This document shows, in pieces, positions 1 to 39,914 of a stretch of DNA of 64,000 bases; position 1 is the stretch's first letter, and each line of letters opens with the position of its first letter. Source of the DNA: Macrostomum lignano (lineage: Eukaryota); the NCBI GenBank assembly GCA_002269645.1, contig NIVC01000020.1, forward strand, positions 496,001-560,000. Reading direction: 5' to 3'. A model generated the notes under the pieces. It did no database searches. It worked only from the letters and a program-made list of their open reading frames with translations, and had not been told where the DNA came from. Both the position numbers and the translations under genes were made by a program.

Positions 1-161
1 AACTATTTATTTATTTCAGGATGATTTCAGAAATTTGAAAATCGCTTTTCATTGTTTCATTCAGTCGGGGAGTCGCTGCAAGCACAGGATATTCGAGCTC
101 TTGTTCATTTTAATGCACACGGATCTCCTGCCTACTAATCCTGAGCCTAAGCCTACATATC

Positions 162-935
162 GTATGAGTATGTCGGATGAGGATGTCGGATGAGGATGTC
201 GGATGAGGATGTCGGATGAGGATGTCGGATGAGGATGTCGGATGAGGATGTCGGATGAGGATGTCGATGAGTGTGTCGGATGAGGATGTCGATGAGTGTG
301 TCGATGAGTGTATCGGATGAGGATGTCGATGAGGATGTCTATGAGTATGTCGGATGAGGATGTCGGATGAGGATGTCGGATGAGGATGTCGGATGAGGAT
401 GTCGATGAGTGTGTCGGATGAGGGTGTCGGATGAGGATGTCGATGAGGATGTCGATGAGTGTGTCGGATGAGGATGTCGATGAGGATGTCGGATGAGGAT
501 GTCGATGAGTGTGTCGGATGAGGATGTCGATGAGTGTGTCGGATGAGGATGTCGATGAGGATGTCAGATGAGGGTGTCGGATGAGGATGTCGATGAGGAT
601 GTCGATGAGTGTGTCGGATGAGGATGTCGATGAGGATGTCGATGAGGATGTCGATGAGTGTGTCGGATGAGGATGTCGGATGAGGATGTCGATGAGTATG
701 TCGATGAGTGTGTCAGATGAGGATGTCGATGAGGATGTCGATGAGTGTATCGGATGAGGATGTTGATGAGGATGTCGATGAGTGTGTCGGATGAGGATGT
801 CGATGAGTATGTCGATGAGTGTGTCGGATGAGGATGTCGATGAGGATGTCTATGAGGATGTCGGATGAGGATGTCGATGATGATGTCAATGAGGGTGTGG
901 ATGAGGGTGTCGATGAGGGTGTTGATGAGGGTGTT
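162..935. repeat. Minisatellite, 12-13-bp unit (GGATGAGGATGTC / GATGAGTGTGTC), in the intron after exon 26
   Basis: Direct tandem periodicity. Confidence 0.95.
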
Positions 936-960
936 GCTGTTATCAGCAGCCCTCTCTCAC

Positions 961-28140
<27,180 letters not shown>

Positions 28141-29166
28141 GGGCGAATCGAGATTTTGACCTGCGCTTTCCTATTGAGCTACGAAAGTTTGTTTTGCATG
28201 CAAAACAAATATGGGTTGTATAGAAATTCAAGGAAGAGAATTTGTTTAAAGGACAAACTCGTTTTGCAAGCAAGGCATGGTTGATTCAGAGAGCAAAAAT
28301 CAGTCTTCTTTTTGGCTAAATTCTTTAAAAATATAAATTTGAGCTAAAATTTTAATTTAGAATTTTAACTTTGAAGATAACAGAAACTTGCCCATAAAAG
28401 ATCATCAAAAGACAAAACTGGTCACAAACTTAAGTGCTAAGTGCTTTTAAAATTTAGCTTCTTAAAAATCCACAAAAAAAGAAATAAGAGGACTTGATGA
28501 TAGAATAAATTAGTTTTTTTAAAATGAACATAAACTATTAAATATAATGATAATTCGATTACTCTAAAGTTACCAAAAATTTAGAGAGCAAGAGTTTGAA
28601 ATTTTGCTGGAAAAGTAACCTTCTGAACAAAAAATGTTGTTCTATTCTCCAAGATATATAGTCTTTGCTACAAAAAGGAAGATTGTATGATTGACAACAC
28701 TTTTTTAAGATTAAAAACTGCTTTTTCGACAAACGACTGGATGAGGTAATATTTTCTATAAGGTAGTTTTTTGATAAAACGCAAACATTACAAATAAACC
28801 TTTCAATATTATCTTTTAACTGTTTTCTAAAAAGTTAAACTACAGTATTAGCTCCAATTAGTGCGTGCACACAATATTCAGACAGAGTTAATTAAATCAC
28901 TGGAAATAAAAAAGTATATTAACTCGTTTGAATTTGATCATCGCGTCTTGTACCTTGGCGTTAATGTCAATATGGAGCCTATGTATAACAAATTATTTCT
29001 ATAATTAGCTTTAAAGGCCAAAAGTTGTGAGACTTATTAATTTGAGGGCTTTAAAAGCAAAACAAATGTTTTATAAAAACATGAATACAATAAAACTTTT
29101 GTTGGGAATTTCGTCTAATCAGCTGGGTAAAATAATTACGACCCAACGTTAAACGTTACGGTAAAC

Positions 29167-29556
29167 ATATATTTGTCGTATCATTAAAAGATATTGATAT
29201 TCTCTAAATCGATATAGAATTGTACCGAAATATGCTTTTTCTTACAATTAGCTCGTAGTAACAAATACGGTACACATATGTATGCATAATGTATGAATAT
29301 GTATGAATTATGCATAATGTACGAAATACATGTCACGGACAGCTGAAGTAGAAGGGCATTGGACTTGATTTTCTTAGAAATGAGCTCGTGGATGTTAGGA
29401 ATGTGTTTTTGTTGTATCGCTAGTGCATTTATTAAACTTTATAGAGAACGCATAGCGCTGAATGGGGTTTCACCACAGAAAAAATTGAGAAAAATCCGAT
29501 TTCTCGAAAGCATAACTACAGTAAATGCACAATTAAGCGCGATACGACAAATATAT
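29167..29556. mobile_element. Possible MITE (390 bp, AT-rich, 16-bp perfect terminal inverted repeat)
   Basis: atatatttgtcgtatc (29167-29182) is the exact reverse complement of gatacgacaaatatat (29541-29556); TA-containing ends; no ORF. Confidence 0.4.
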
Positions 29557-30837
29557 ATAATTCCTTACCGGCCTCCTAATCATTTCTAAGAAAATTTATT
29601 GTAGCGTCTTCTCCTTCAGTTGTCCATACAAAATATTATAGATATACAAAAATATCCAAAACAGTACAAAAGCAACAACAAAATAATAAAGCTCGTAGTT
29701 GCCAGCCAGTCAAGCGAGTCACGATCGGGGCAGAGACAACGTCAGGGCGCGTTTCAGGGCCTTGGGCGCGGACTCAGGCAACACCGCCGACAGTGTCCGG
29801 GGCGTCGGCATCAGCTCCATCAGGCAGTCAACGATACGCCGAGTGCGCGCCTGTCCCCGCCGGTAGGGTGCCTGCAACGTCAGCAACGGGACCTCCTGCA
29901 CTGTCCGTGGGCAGTAGAACTTGGCTCGGATGTGGACTGCCAGCTGAAGTCGCCGACGGCGCAAAATTTTGCTGGGACGGGACAGGCCGGTGCGGCGATA
30001 GAGTGCGGCATTGGTGACTGTACATGTAGTATTTTTACATTTACAATGCCTGACGAATTAAAACTCAAAATTTTCAACACTTACATGGTGAATATTATTT
30101 TTGATGCACTGGACCCATAGTTTCTTCTAAGCATCAATCAAGCGCCCCTAGTGAACTTTATTGGTCCGTCTGTGCGACCGTTTTTCCTGCAATTGAAGAA
30201 AAAGTAGCTGTATTCATCTCAGCCTTGCAGAGCGGGGCAGTGAAGAGCTTTAAACTCCAATAACTGCATGACGGAGGTGCGAAGCGAAGTCCCTGCAACT
30301 TGATCGAGTGCTCCTTGAGCAAGAGGTTGCATTATTCAAGCCGCCGCCCCTGGGCCACTGCTGGAAAGAGATCATTTTTCTTCCGAGCACTCAATATCAT
30401 CTGCATCCGTTAATCCCCAGCTATTCGTCGCCTTCATCACCTCATCGCTCTCGCCCCGCAAGAGTCCCGGGGATTTAAACTCTTGCTCTGGCTGCGCGGT
30501 TCCCACCGTGCCGCCTCATTTCCCCCCCTCAGCAGGGCCGGCCGGGCTTATCCGCTTTTCTCTGGGATTTTTCTCAAGCTGAAGCTGAAGCCGACCAAAC
30601 ACTGCCGCCGGTCTCTCCCTGCCGGACCCGGGCTGGGAGGTCTGAGCGACTGTTTAGCATGGATATGCTTCAGTCACACGAACGGCTTCAGTGACATTGT
30701 ACGGGCTTGTGCTTAAGCTTATACAGTGACATTTGCTTGCTGAAGGTTGCCAGACACCACTGATATTGGCAGTGACACTGTGAGTTGTAGGGTTTCAGTT
30801 CAGTGACAGCAAAAGGAATATCGAGTTTTAATCAGAG

Positions 30838-31221
30838 CTCATGGGGGAATTGCTGAAATGCTGTGGCTCATGGGGGAATTGCTGAGATGCTGTGGCTCAT
30901 GGTGGAATTGCTGAAATGCTGTGGCTCATGACGGAATCGCTGAAATGCTGTGGCTCATTGTGGAATTGCTGAAATGCTGTTGGCTCATGGGGGAATTGCT
31001 GAAATGCTGTGGCTCATGGGGGAATTGCTGAAATGCTGTTGGCTCGTGGGGGAATTGCTGAAATGCTGTTGGCTCATGGGGGAATTGCTGAAATGCTGTG
31101 GCTCATGGGGGAATTGCTGAAATGCTGTGGCTCATGGGGGAATTGCTAAAATGCTGTGGCTCATGGGGGAATTGCTGAAATGCTGTGGCTCATGGGGGAA
31201 TTGCTGAGATGCTGTGGCTCA
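30838..31221. repeat. 29-30-bp repeat (ggctcatgggggaattgctgaaatgctgt)
   Basis: Direct. Confidence 0.95.
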
Positions 31222-31849
31222 TATATGCTGAGATCTTAGGCGAGACAGTTGGCCTTCAGGGCGGGGCCCAGCTTTTTTGCTTTAAACATCATTTTCCCTA
31301 ACGGATTAACAATAGTAGCTGTACAAGCTCAAAACTCTACATGTAGTTAATTCAAAAAATCTTTCTTTGTTTCCTGCCCAACGGGGGGCACAGATTGCTA
31401 GTTCACACTGCTCAGTGCTGGCTGACCCGGGCACCTGACAGCAACAACCCCTAGCTGACAGCTTTCGCCCTCAACACAGCGAATGCACTGAGAGCCTCAG
31501 CCGGGGTCTGCTGGCCGCACTTTAAGCTGCTTTATGGCCGCCAAGAGGAAGCTTCAAAATGCGCTGGTTAATTCGCACACAGATGACCTCAAAAATGGGA
31601 TTTTCGCGGAAAAGCAGCTCCGAATGAACGGCCTCGCCACTTTGTTTCTGCCGCTGACAAAGCAGTTGAAAGCAACTTAGCGTTGGCTTAGGCGTTGCTG
31701 CGCAGACCTTTCATCATAAATTATTTGGAGAGGCTGCAGACAAAGTCGAAGCTTTGCTGCCACCCCTCTGGCCGCCTCTGATCTCCTGATGGGTCAAACC
31801 AGACGATTAAGGGATAAAGCTGTCTGCTGCTGGCCCTGATATTTGTTCA

Positions 31850-34812
31850 TCACTCTCACCCTCACTGATCTCACTCTCACCCTCACTGATCTCACTCTCA
31901 CCCTCACTGATCTCACTCTCACCCCTCACTGATCTCACTCCCACCCCACTGATCTCACCCCACTCTCACTAATCACTATCTCACTCTCACTAATCACTAT
32001 CTCACTCTCACTAATCACTCTCACTCTCGCTAATCACTATCTCACTCTCACTAATCACTCTCACTAATCACTCTCACTAATCACCATCTCACTCTCACTA
32101 ATCACTCTCACTCTCGCTAATCACTATCTCACTCTCACTAATCACTATCTCACTCTCACTAATCACTATCTCACTCTCACTAATCACTATCTCACTCTCA
32201 CTAATCACTATCTCACTCTCACTAATCACTATCTCACTCTCACTAATCACTCTCACTCTCGCTAATCACTATCTCACTCTCACTAATCACTATCTCACTC
32301 TCACTAATCACTATCTCACTCTCACTAATCACTATCTCACTCTCGCTAATCACTATCTCACTCTCACTAATCACTCTCACTCTCGCTAATCACTATCTCA
32401 CTCTCACTAATCACTATCTCACTCTCACTAATCACTATCTCACTCTCACTAATCACTCTCACTCTCACTAATCACTATCTCACTCTCACTAATCACTATC
32501 TCACTCTCACTAATCACTATCTCACTCTCACTAATCACTCTCACTCTCACTAATCACTATCTCACTCTCACTAATCACTCTCACTAATCACTCTCACTAA
32601 TCACTCTCACTCTCGCTAATCACTATCTCACTCTCACTAATCACTATCTCACTCTCACTAATCACTCTCACTCTCGCTAATCACTATCTCACTCTCACTA
32701 ATCACTATCTCACTCTCACTAATCACTATCTCACTCTCACTAATCACTATCTCACTCTCACTAATCACTCTCACTCTCGCTAATCACTATCTCACTCTCA
32801 CTAATCACTCTCACTCTCGCTAATCACTATCTCACTCTCACTAATCACTATCTCACTCTCACTAATCACTATCTCACTCTCACTAATCACTATCTCACTC
32901 TCACTAATCACTCTCACTCTCGCTAATCACTATCTCACTCTCACTAATCACTCTCACTCTCGCTAATCACTATCTCACTCTCACTAATCACTATCTCACT
33001 CTCACTAATCACTCTCACTAATCACCATCTCACTCTCACTAATCACTCTCACTCTCGCTAATCACTATCTCACTCTCACTAATCACTATCTCACTCTCGC
33101 TAATCACCATCTCACTCTCACTAATCACTCTCACTCTCGCTAATCACTATCTCACTCTCACTAATCACTCTCACTCTCACTAATCACCATCTCACTCTCA
33201 CTAATCACTCTCACTCTCGCTAATCACTATCTCACTCTCACTAATCACTATCTCACTCTCACTAATCACTATCTCACTCTCACTAATCACTATCTCACTC
33301 TCACTAATCACTATCTCACTGTCACTAATCACTCTCACTCTCGCTAATCACTATCTCACTCTCACTAATCACTATCTCACTCTCGCTAATCACTATCTCA
33401 CTCTCACTAATCACTATCTCACTCTCACTAATCACTATCTCACTCTCACTAATCACTATCTCACTCTCACTAATCACTCTCACTCTCGCTAATCACTATC
33501 TCACTCTCACTAATCACTATCTCACTCTCACTAATCACTATCTCACTCTCACTAATCACTATCTCACTCTCGCTAATCACTATCTCACTCTCACTAATCA
33601 CTCTCACTCTCGCTAATCACTATCTCACTCTCACTAATCACTATCTCACTCTCACTAATCACTATCTCACTCTCACTAATCACTCTCACTCTCACTAATC
33701 ACTATCTCACTCTCACTAATCACTATCTCACTCTCACTAATCACTATCTCACTCTCACTAATCACTCTCACTCTCACTAATCACTATCTCACTCTCACTA
33801 ATCACTCTCACTAATCACTCTCACTAATCACTCTCACTCTCGCTAATCACTATCTCACTCTCACTAATCACTATCTCACTCTCACTAATCACTCTCACTC
33901 TCGCTAATCACTATCTCACTCTCACTAATCACTATCTCACTCTCACTAATCACTATCTCACTCTCACTAATCACTATCTCACTCTCACTAATCACTCTCA
34001 CTCTCGCTAATCACTATCTCACTCTCACTAATCACTCTCACTCTCGCTAATCACTATCTCACTCTCACTAATCACTATCTCACTCTCACTAATCACTATC
34101 TCACTCTCACTAATCACTATCTCACTCTCACTAATCACTCTCACTCTCGCTAATCACTATCTCACTCTCACTAATCACTATCTCACTCTCACTAATCACT
34201 ATCTCACTCTCACTAATCACTATCTCACTCTCACTAATCACTATCTCACTCTCACTAATCACTCTCACTCTCGCTAATCACTATCTCACTCTCACTAATC
34301 ACTATCTCACTCTCACTAATCACTATCTCACTCTCACTAATCACTCTCACTCTCGCTAATCACTATCTCACTCTCACTAATCACTATCTCACTCTCACTA
34401 ATCACTATCTCACTCTCACTAATCACTCTCACTCTCACTAATCACTATCTCACTCTCACTAATCACTATCTCACTCTCACTAATCACTATCTCACTCTCG
34501 CTAATCACTATCTCACTCTCACTAATCACTATCTCACTCTCACTAATCACTCTCACTCTCACTAATCACTATCTCACTCTCACTAATCACTATCTCACTC
34601 TCACTAATCACTATCTCACTCTCGCTAATCACTATCTCACTCTCACTAATCACTATCTCACTCTCACTAATCACTCTCACTCTCACTAATCACTATCTCA
34701 CTCTCGCTAATCACTATCTCACTCTCACTAATCACTATCTCACTCTCACTAATCACTCTCACTCTCACTAATCACTCTCACTCTCACTAATCACTCTCAC
34801 TCTCACTAATCA
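31850..34812. repeat. About 3-kb satellite, 19-21-bp unit (ctcactaatcactatctcact), almost G-free on the plus strand
   Basis: Direct. Confidence 0.97.
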
Positions 34813-35574
34813 CCTATTAGCTCGCGGAGCAGCTGCCCAATACTGTAAATCCTGGATGCCATTGAATTTGCCCGACTGCTTTGATTCTGCAGCGGCCGGC
34901 CAAAATCAGGCAGGCAGGCAGGAGCCATAAACCCGGATTAGCAGGGCTCCGGGGGTTTATCGCATTTTCACTCCGCGCTGGCAGGTGATTTGGGAAGCGG
35001 TTACTAGGCAGAATCTGGCAGCTGCTTGAATCTCCCATTTTGAAATCGCTGGCATGAAAAATGGCCCCAGAGATACCTGGCAATTGGCTGGCGCAGGATT
35101 TGCCTTTTTGCATTTTATTTGCCTTTTCGCAACAAATGGCGGGCCGCGCGTCAGATGCAATCAGCCTGCTGTCCCGGCAATGCAGAGCGAGCCGCCCCAT
35201 ATCTCCCTGCTGTCTTTGAACCTGCGGCGCCCCCCCCCCAATTAGCCTGAATCCCGGCAGCCCTGAGATGGGATGGGAAAAAACAATTTTGACGGAGAAA
35301 TTGCATCCGTTTAGAAGGCTGCAAAATTCCCAGCTCAAGCAGCAGAGGTGCCTTCCTATACTGCCAGTGCAGAGGCTGGAACAATGGCGGATGATGAAGC
35401 GGCATTGTGCTTTGGCTTGTCGGCGAGACTGTCTAAATAAAGGACTGTCTGATCTGCATTCAGCGGCTCGGCACTGATTCTCTTGCAGAGAAAAATGTTG
35501 AAAAATATGCGAAACTATTCTCTAGAGAGGAGAAATAGAACTGCTGGGGATTTTCAGCACATCAGTGGCCCGAG

Positions 35575-36020
35575 TGTGCAGAGTGAGAGGGCAGAGTGAG
35601 AGGGCAGAGTGACGGTGCAGAGTGACAGTGCAGAGTGAGAGGGAAGAGTGACAGGGCAGAGTGACAGGGCAGAGTGAGAGGGAAGAGTGACAGGGCAGAG
35701 TGATAGGGCAGAGTGACAGGGCAGAGTGACAGTGCAGAGTGACAGTGCAGAGTGAGAGGGCAGAGTGACAGGGCAGAGTGACAGTGCAGAGTGACAGTGC
35801 AGAGTGAGAGGGCAGAGTGAGAGGGCAGAGTGAGAGGGCAGAGTGAGAGGGCAGAGTGACAGTGCAGAGTGACAGTGCAGAGTGACAGTGCAGAGTGACA
35901 GTGCAGAGTGAGAGGGCAGAGTGAGAGGGCAGAGTGACAGTGCAGAGTGACAGTGCAGAGTGACAGTGCAGAGTGACAGTGCAGAGTGACAGTGCAGAGT
36001 GACAGTGCAGAGTGACAGAG
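35575..36020. repeat. 13-bp repeat (gcagagtgacagt / gcagagtgagagg)
   Basis: Direct. Confidence 0.95.
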
Positions 36021-36685
36021 GGCAAGCAAAATGGAGTTCCAGGTGAAGGGTTTCACGGGGGATTATCGAAGGCCATCATGCATGTATGTTACAATGAGCT
36101 GCATATTGAAGAATTCGCAGACGGCCGGGCTGACACGCGGGGTCGCGAGCAGAATGAAGATGAACTTGATGAAATATTAAACTGCAGCAGGCGAATCGAT
36201 GAGCCGAATTTCCGCTGTACAAGGCGGGGAGGCGGAGATCTCCCTGGGAAGCAGCCGGTCTGCGTCGCAGAATCCGCTCATCCGGCCGGCTCAGCAATTG
36301 ACAAGGGATCAAGGAGGGGAAGATGCCTCCCCCCCCCCCAGAGCAGTTGTCCTGAGCCCCCCGGGCGATGCCGCAGCCGATAGCGGGCGCGAGGCGCTGC
36401 TCAGGCAGGAGCGGCGGAATTCGAGGGGTGCAGCGGCATGGCGGCAAGGTGGGCGGCTTAGAATGGGGAATTTCTCCCTTCTCCTCCCGACAGGGCGCAG
36501 CGGGGACCAATTCCAGCAGCTGTGCCTGGCCATTGGCCCCCACGCCCCTCCCTCATCGATGGCCGCCGCTACAGGATTAATGAGGCCGCTTCCGTCCTGC
36601 GGCGCCTCTTCCACCTCAGACTCTTGCCGCAATGTTCTCCGGTCTGTCAGCATTTGAGTCCGCTGCCCCGCTGCCGCAGGCTCTC

Positions 36686-36711
36686 ATGCAGGTTTCCGTC
36701 GCCTCGGAGAA
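36686..36711 (+). CDS. Predicted first coding exon of the stomatin gene (MQVSVASE-N)
   Basis: There is no in-frame Met between the 45-bp repeat and the SPFH domain. ATG at 36686 with donor AA|gtgagt (phase 2) fits the phase-2 acceptor at 37268. Confidence 0.5.
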
Positions 36712-36871
36712 GTGAGTTCGAAACGTCTGCTCCATCATACTGATAAAACAGACCAGTTGCCAAGGGACGTCTGGGATTTATCTGGGCTCTGACTCTCCAG
36801 CCAAAGTGCCCGGGTTCGATTCCGAAAATTGGTTTCGGGCTGGTCACGTGATTTGCACCTAGAAGGGCCAC

Positions 36872-37159
36872 CCCCAAGCAGAGTGTGTACATGACTGGCA
36901 TTGGAAATCAGGCCAACCCAAGCAGAGTGTGTACATGACTGGCATTGGAAATCAGGCCACCCCCAAGCAGAGTGTGTACATGACTGGCATTGGAAATCAG
37001 GCCAACCCAAGCAGAGTGTGTACATGACTGGCATTGGAAATCAGGCCACCCCCAAGCAGAGTGTGTACATGACTGGCATTGGAAATCAGGCCACCCCCAA
37101 GCAGAGTGTGTACATGACTGGCATTGGAAATCAGGCCACCCCCAAGCAGAGTGTGTTGG
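36872..37159. repeat. 44-45-bp repeat, about 6 copies, in the predicted stomatin intron
   Basis: cccaagcagagtgtgtacatgactggcattggaaatcaggccacc. Confidence 0.95.
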
Positions 37160-37267
37160 AAATCATGGCCGCATTGTGAGCGCTACATGTGGGCAGGACC
37201 CGTGGTTCGATTCCGTGAGCGGCAGTGCCCGAAGCTCAGGAGTGTCTCCGACTGCCGCTCTTTTCAG

Positions 37268-38276
37268 TCCCCAGTCGCAGCCGGAGGACAAGGAGGAGCC
37301 GCAGCCGCAGCAGCCGCAGCGGCAGCGCCGGCAGCGCCGCTCCGTCGGCTGGTCGAACGAAGCGCCGGGGCAGCCGCCGTCGCCTTCTTCGGTGTCGCCG
37401 CCGCCGAGCATCCTGAAGGCGGCGCCCCCACAGCAGCCGCTGCCGCAGTCGGCGCTCCTCGCAGCCGGCGGAGACCAGTGGCAATCGGCCGCGGCCACCC
37501 CGGACAGCGGCTGCTCAAGCTGCCTGTACATCTGCAGCCTGGCCCTCATCGCGCTGACCTTCCCGTTCTCGCTGATCTTCTGCCTCCGCGTGGTGGCCGA
37601 GTACGAGCGGGCGGTGGTGCTCCGCCTCGGCCGCGTGCTCGGCCAGCAGGGCAAGGGCCCCGGCCTGTTCTTCATCATCCCCTGCTGCGACAGCGTGCGC
37701 ATCGTGGACCTCCGCACCGTGACATTCGACGTGCCTCCGCAGGAAGTTCTAACCAAGGACTCAGTGACCGTGGCGGTGGACGCGGTGGTGTACTACCGGA
37801 TCTTCAGCCCGGTGGTCAGCGTCACCAACGTTGAGGACGCGGACCGGTCGACCCGCCTGCTGGCCCAGACCACCCTGCGCAACGTGCTGGGCACGAAGAA
37901 CCTGTCCGAGATTCTTTCCGAGCGCGAGGAGATCAGCTGCATGATGCAGGAGTGCCTGGACCTCGCCACCGATCCCTGGGGCGTCAAGGTGGAGCGGGTG
38001 GAGATCAAGGACGTACGCCTGCCAGTGCAGCTACAGCGAGCAATGGCGGCGGAGGCGGAGGCCGCCAGGGAGGCGCGGGCGAAAGTGATTATGGCCGAGG
38101 GCGAGCAGAAGGCCAGCCGAGCGCTGCGGGAGGCCGCTGTAGTCATCCAGGAGTCGCCATTCGCCCTGCAGCTGCGCTACCTGCACACGCTGAATGTGAT
38201 CTCGGCGGAGAAGAACTCCACCATCATCTTCCCGCTGCCCATGGAGTTCCTGGCGCACTTTCGCACCGGTCAGTAG
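37268..38276 (+). CDS. Stomatin / band-7 (SPFH) family protein, main coding exon (about 344 aa with the predicted first exon)
   Basis: Hairpin membrane segment ...LIALTFPFSLIFC, then VVAEYERAVVLRLGR, GPGLFFIIPC, DLRTVTFDVPPQEVLTKDSVTVAVDAVVYYRI, WGVKVERVEIKDV, AMAAEAEAAREARAKVI and LQLRYLHTL: a typical stomatin/MEC-2 pattern. Acceptor ctcttttcag| at 37267. Confidence 0.95.
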
Positions 38277-38381
38277 GCCTGGTCGCTGAGTAGGAGACTT
38301 GACAGTACTTAGTGTCTTAACGATTAACAACTAACACGATTAGCAGCGCAGATTAACAAATTGATGTCCATATCACAACTA

Positions 38382-39804
38382 TTCCTTTTTACGTTCTATT
38401 TGATAAAAACTGCAACCAATTTGGCCGCGGCTCAGCCTGACCATAGACATAGAATTTTCCATAGACAGCCACCGCTAGCGGCAACCAATTTGGTAAAAAC
38501 TGCGAGCTATTTTGCCAGCTTGAAGATAGCAGCTCAATAGCATAACAATAACGATAAAGAATGTTAACAATACATGCACGAAGTCAGAACATTATGTCCT
38601 CAGCATTCAAGCACCGATTGAAGTACGTCTGGGAATGGTTGATCCAGCGCAGGCACTTGAGAGGCGTGATGCAGTTCAGTGCTTGCTGCACTTCTCTCTT
38701 CAGAATGCGCATCCTGTGCTGATGCAGTGTCGCACCTGCTGCAGCAGCCAGTCCAGTATCTGCCACCTCGCGCTGAATGGCAGGTGATTGCAATTGCGTT
38801 TTCAGCTTGGCCTTCAGCGCTGAGCCTGCGTACTCCGCCGGGTTGATGAACGGCGAGTATGGAGGCAGGAATCGGTGAGCATGACCTTCAGACATCCCAG
38901 GGACACCTAGGTGAGCGCGAGCCCCATCGGACAGTAGCACAAACTCCTCTTCCATCAGAACATCGATCTCAGAGAGGAATTCCATGAAGTGCTCGTTCTT
39001 AAAGCCTCCTTCGACGAGAGTGCTGTGAATCAGGCCGAGTTGCGAGATGGCCAGGCAGATGGTGAGATTCTGCCCACGCTGTCCGCTGACGACAGTCACA
39101 GCTGGGAGCCCCTTCGCTGAGCGGCCTTGAGTCCTCGCCGTCCAGATGTTCACCCCAAACTCGTCCATGAAGATGGTGTTCACCTGGCTTCCCTCGTCCA
39201 GCATCCATTCAACGTGCATCCTTCGCGCCTCCTTTGTAACAGGCATGTTCCAGTTCACAGGTACCTGGCGCAGTAACTTCAGGGTGATGAGGCGACCATC
39301 CAGAGCACGACTGATAGTGGTCAGACTCACGTTGGCAACGTCATTGTGTTGGTGCAGCAGGTGCTCTCTCATTTGTTGCAGCGTCGCAGTAGGTTGACCT
39401 TCGACGAATTGAACAATGGTGTCCACCATAGCCTCCGTCAGCGCCATCCTCTTCACTCCTCCTTTTGGCAGAGTGCCAACTCTACCAGTTCGTTCATACG
39501 TGGTCACGATGTTCCTCACTGTCGGTTTCTTCATCCCCATCATTCTGCCAAGCTCTCCCCAGTCGTCGCCACTCCTGTACGCTCTCACGATTCGCTCTCG
39601 ATCCAGCTGACTTATCTTTTGGTATCTTTTTTATCTTTTGGCCATCAGAGCAGCTGCTATCTTCAAGCTGGCAAAATAGCTCGCAGTTTTTACCAAATTG
39701 GTTGCCGCTAGCGGTGGCTGTCTATGGAAAATTCTATGTCTATGGTCAGGCTGAGCCGTGGCCAAATTGGTTGCAGTTTTTATCAAATAGAACGTAAAAA
39801 GGTA
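38382..39804 (-). mobile_element. IS630/Tc1/mariner-superfamily DNA transposon, 1423 bp, with 153-bp TIRs and TA target-site duplication
   Basis: 38382-38534 and 39652-39804 are inverted repeats with 2 mismatches. TA lies at 38380-38381 and 39805-39806. A single transposase ORF lies inside. Confidence 0.95.
38584..39645 (-). pseudogene. IS630/Tc1-like DDE transposase with a nonsense codon at position 5
   Basis: ATG GCC AAA AGA TAA AAA AGA TAC..., then the frame is open to 38584. N-terminal HTH region; catalytic IFMDE, LLSDGARAH and FLPPYSPFINPAE. Confidence 0.88.
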
Positions 39805-39914
39805 TAGTATGAGACTAACTTCAAGCTGTTGGATAGTCAGCTGTCTATAACTAAAGACTTAGCCGCTGGTAATATTTTTGTAGTTCACTTCTGCAGAGCC
39901 TTTACTGCCGAGCA

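Noticed and set aside
1-145. Possible terminal exon (EIRVH* or D*) and AATAAA signals for the giant gene on the minus strand
   Set aside because: Acceptors are weak and exon 26 ends in what looks like the start of another module (PDPPTVTV...), so the gene more likely continues beyond the window; not supportable.
36780-37220. tRNA genes suggested by ggttcgattcc B boxes
   Set aside because: No acceptor stem or cloverleaf could be built.
36990-37267. N-terminal 93 aa of the 428-aa stomatin ORF in the track
   Set aside because: Starts at a non-ATG codon inside a 45-bp repeat; better explained as intron with an acceptor at 37267.
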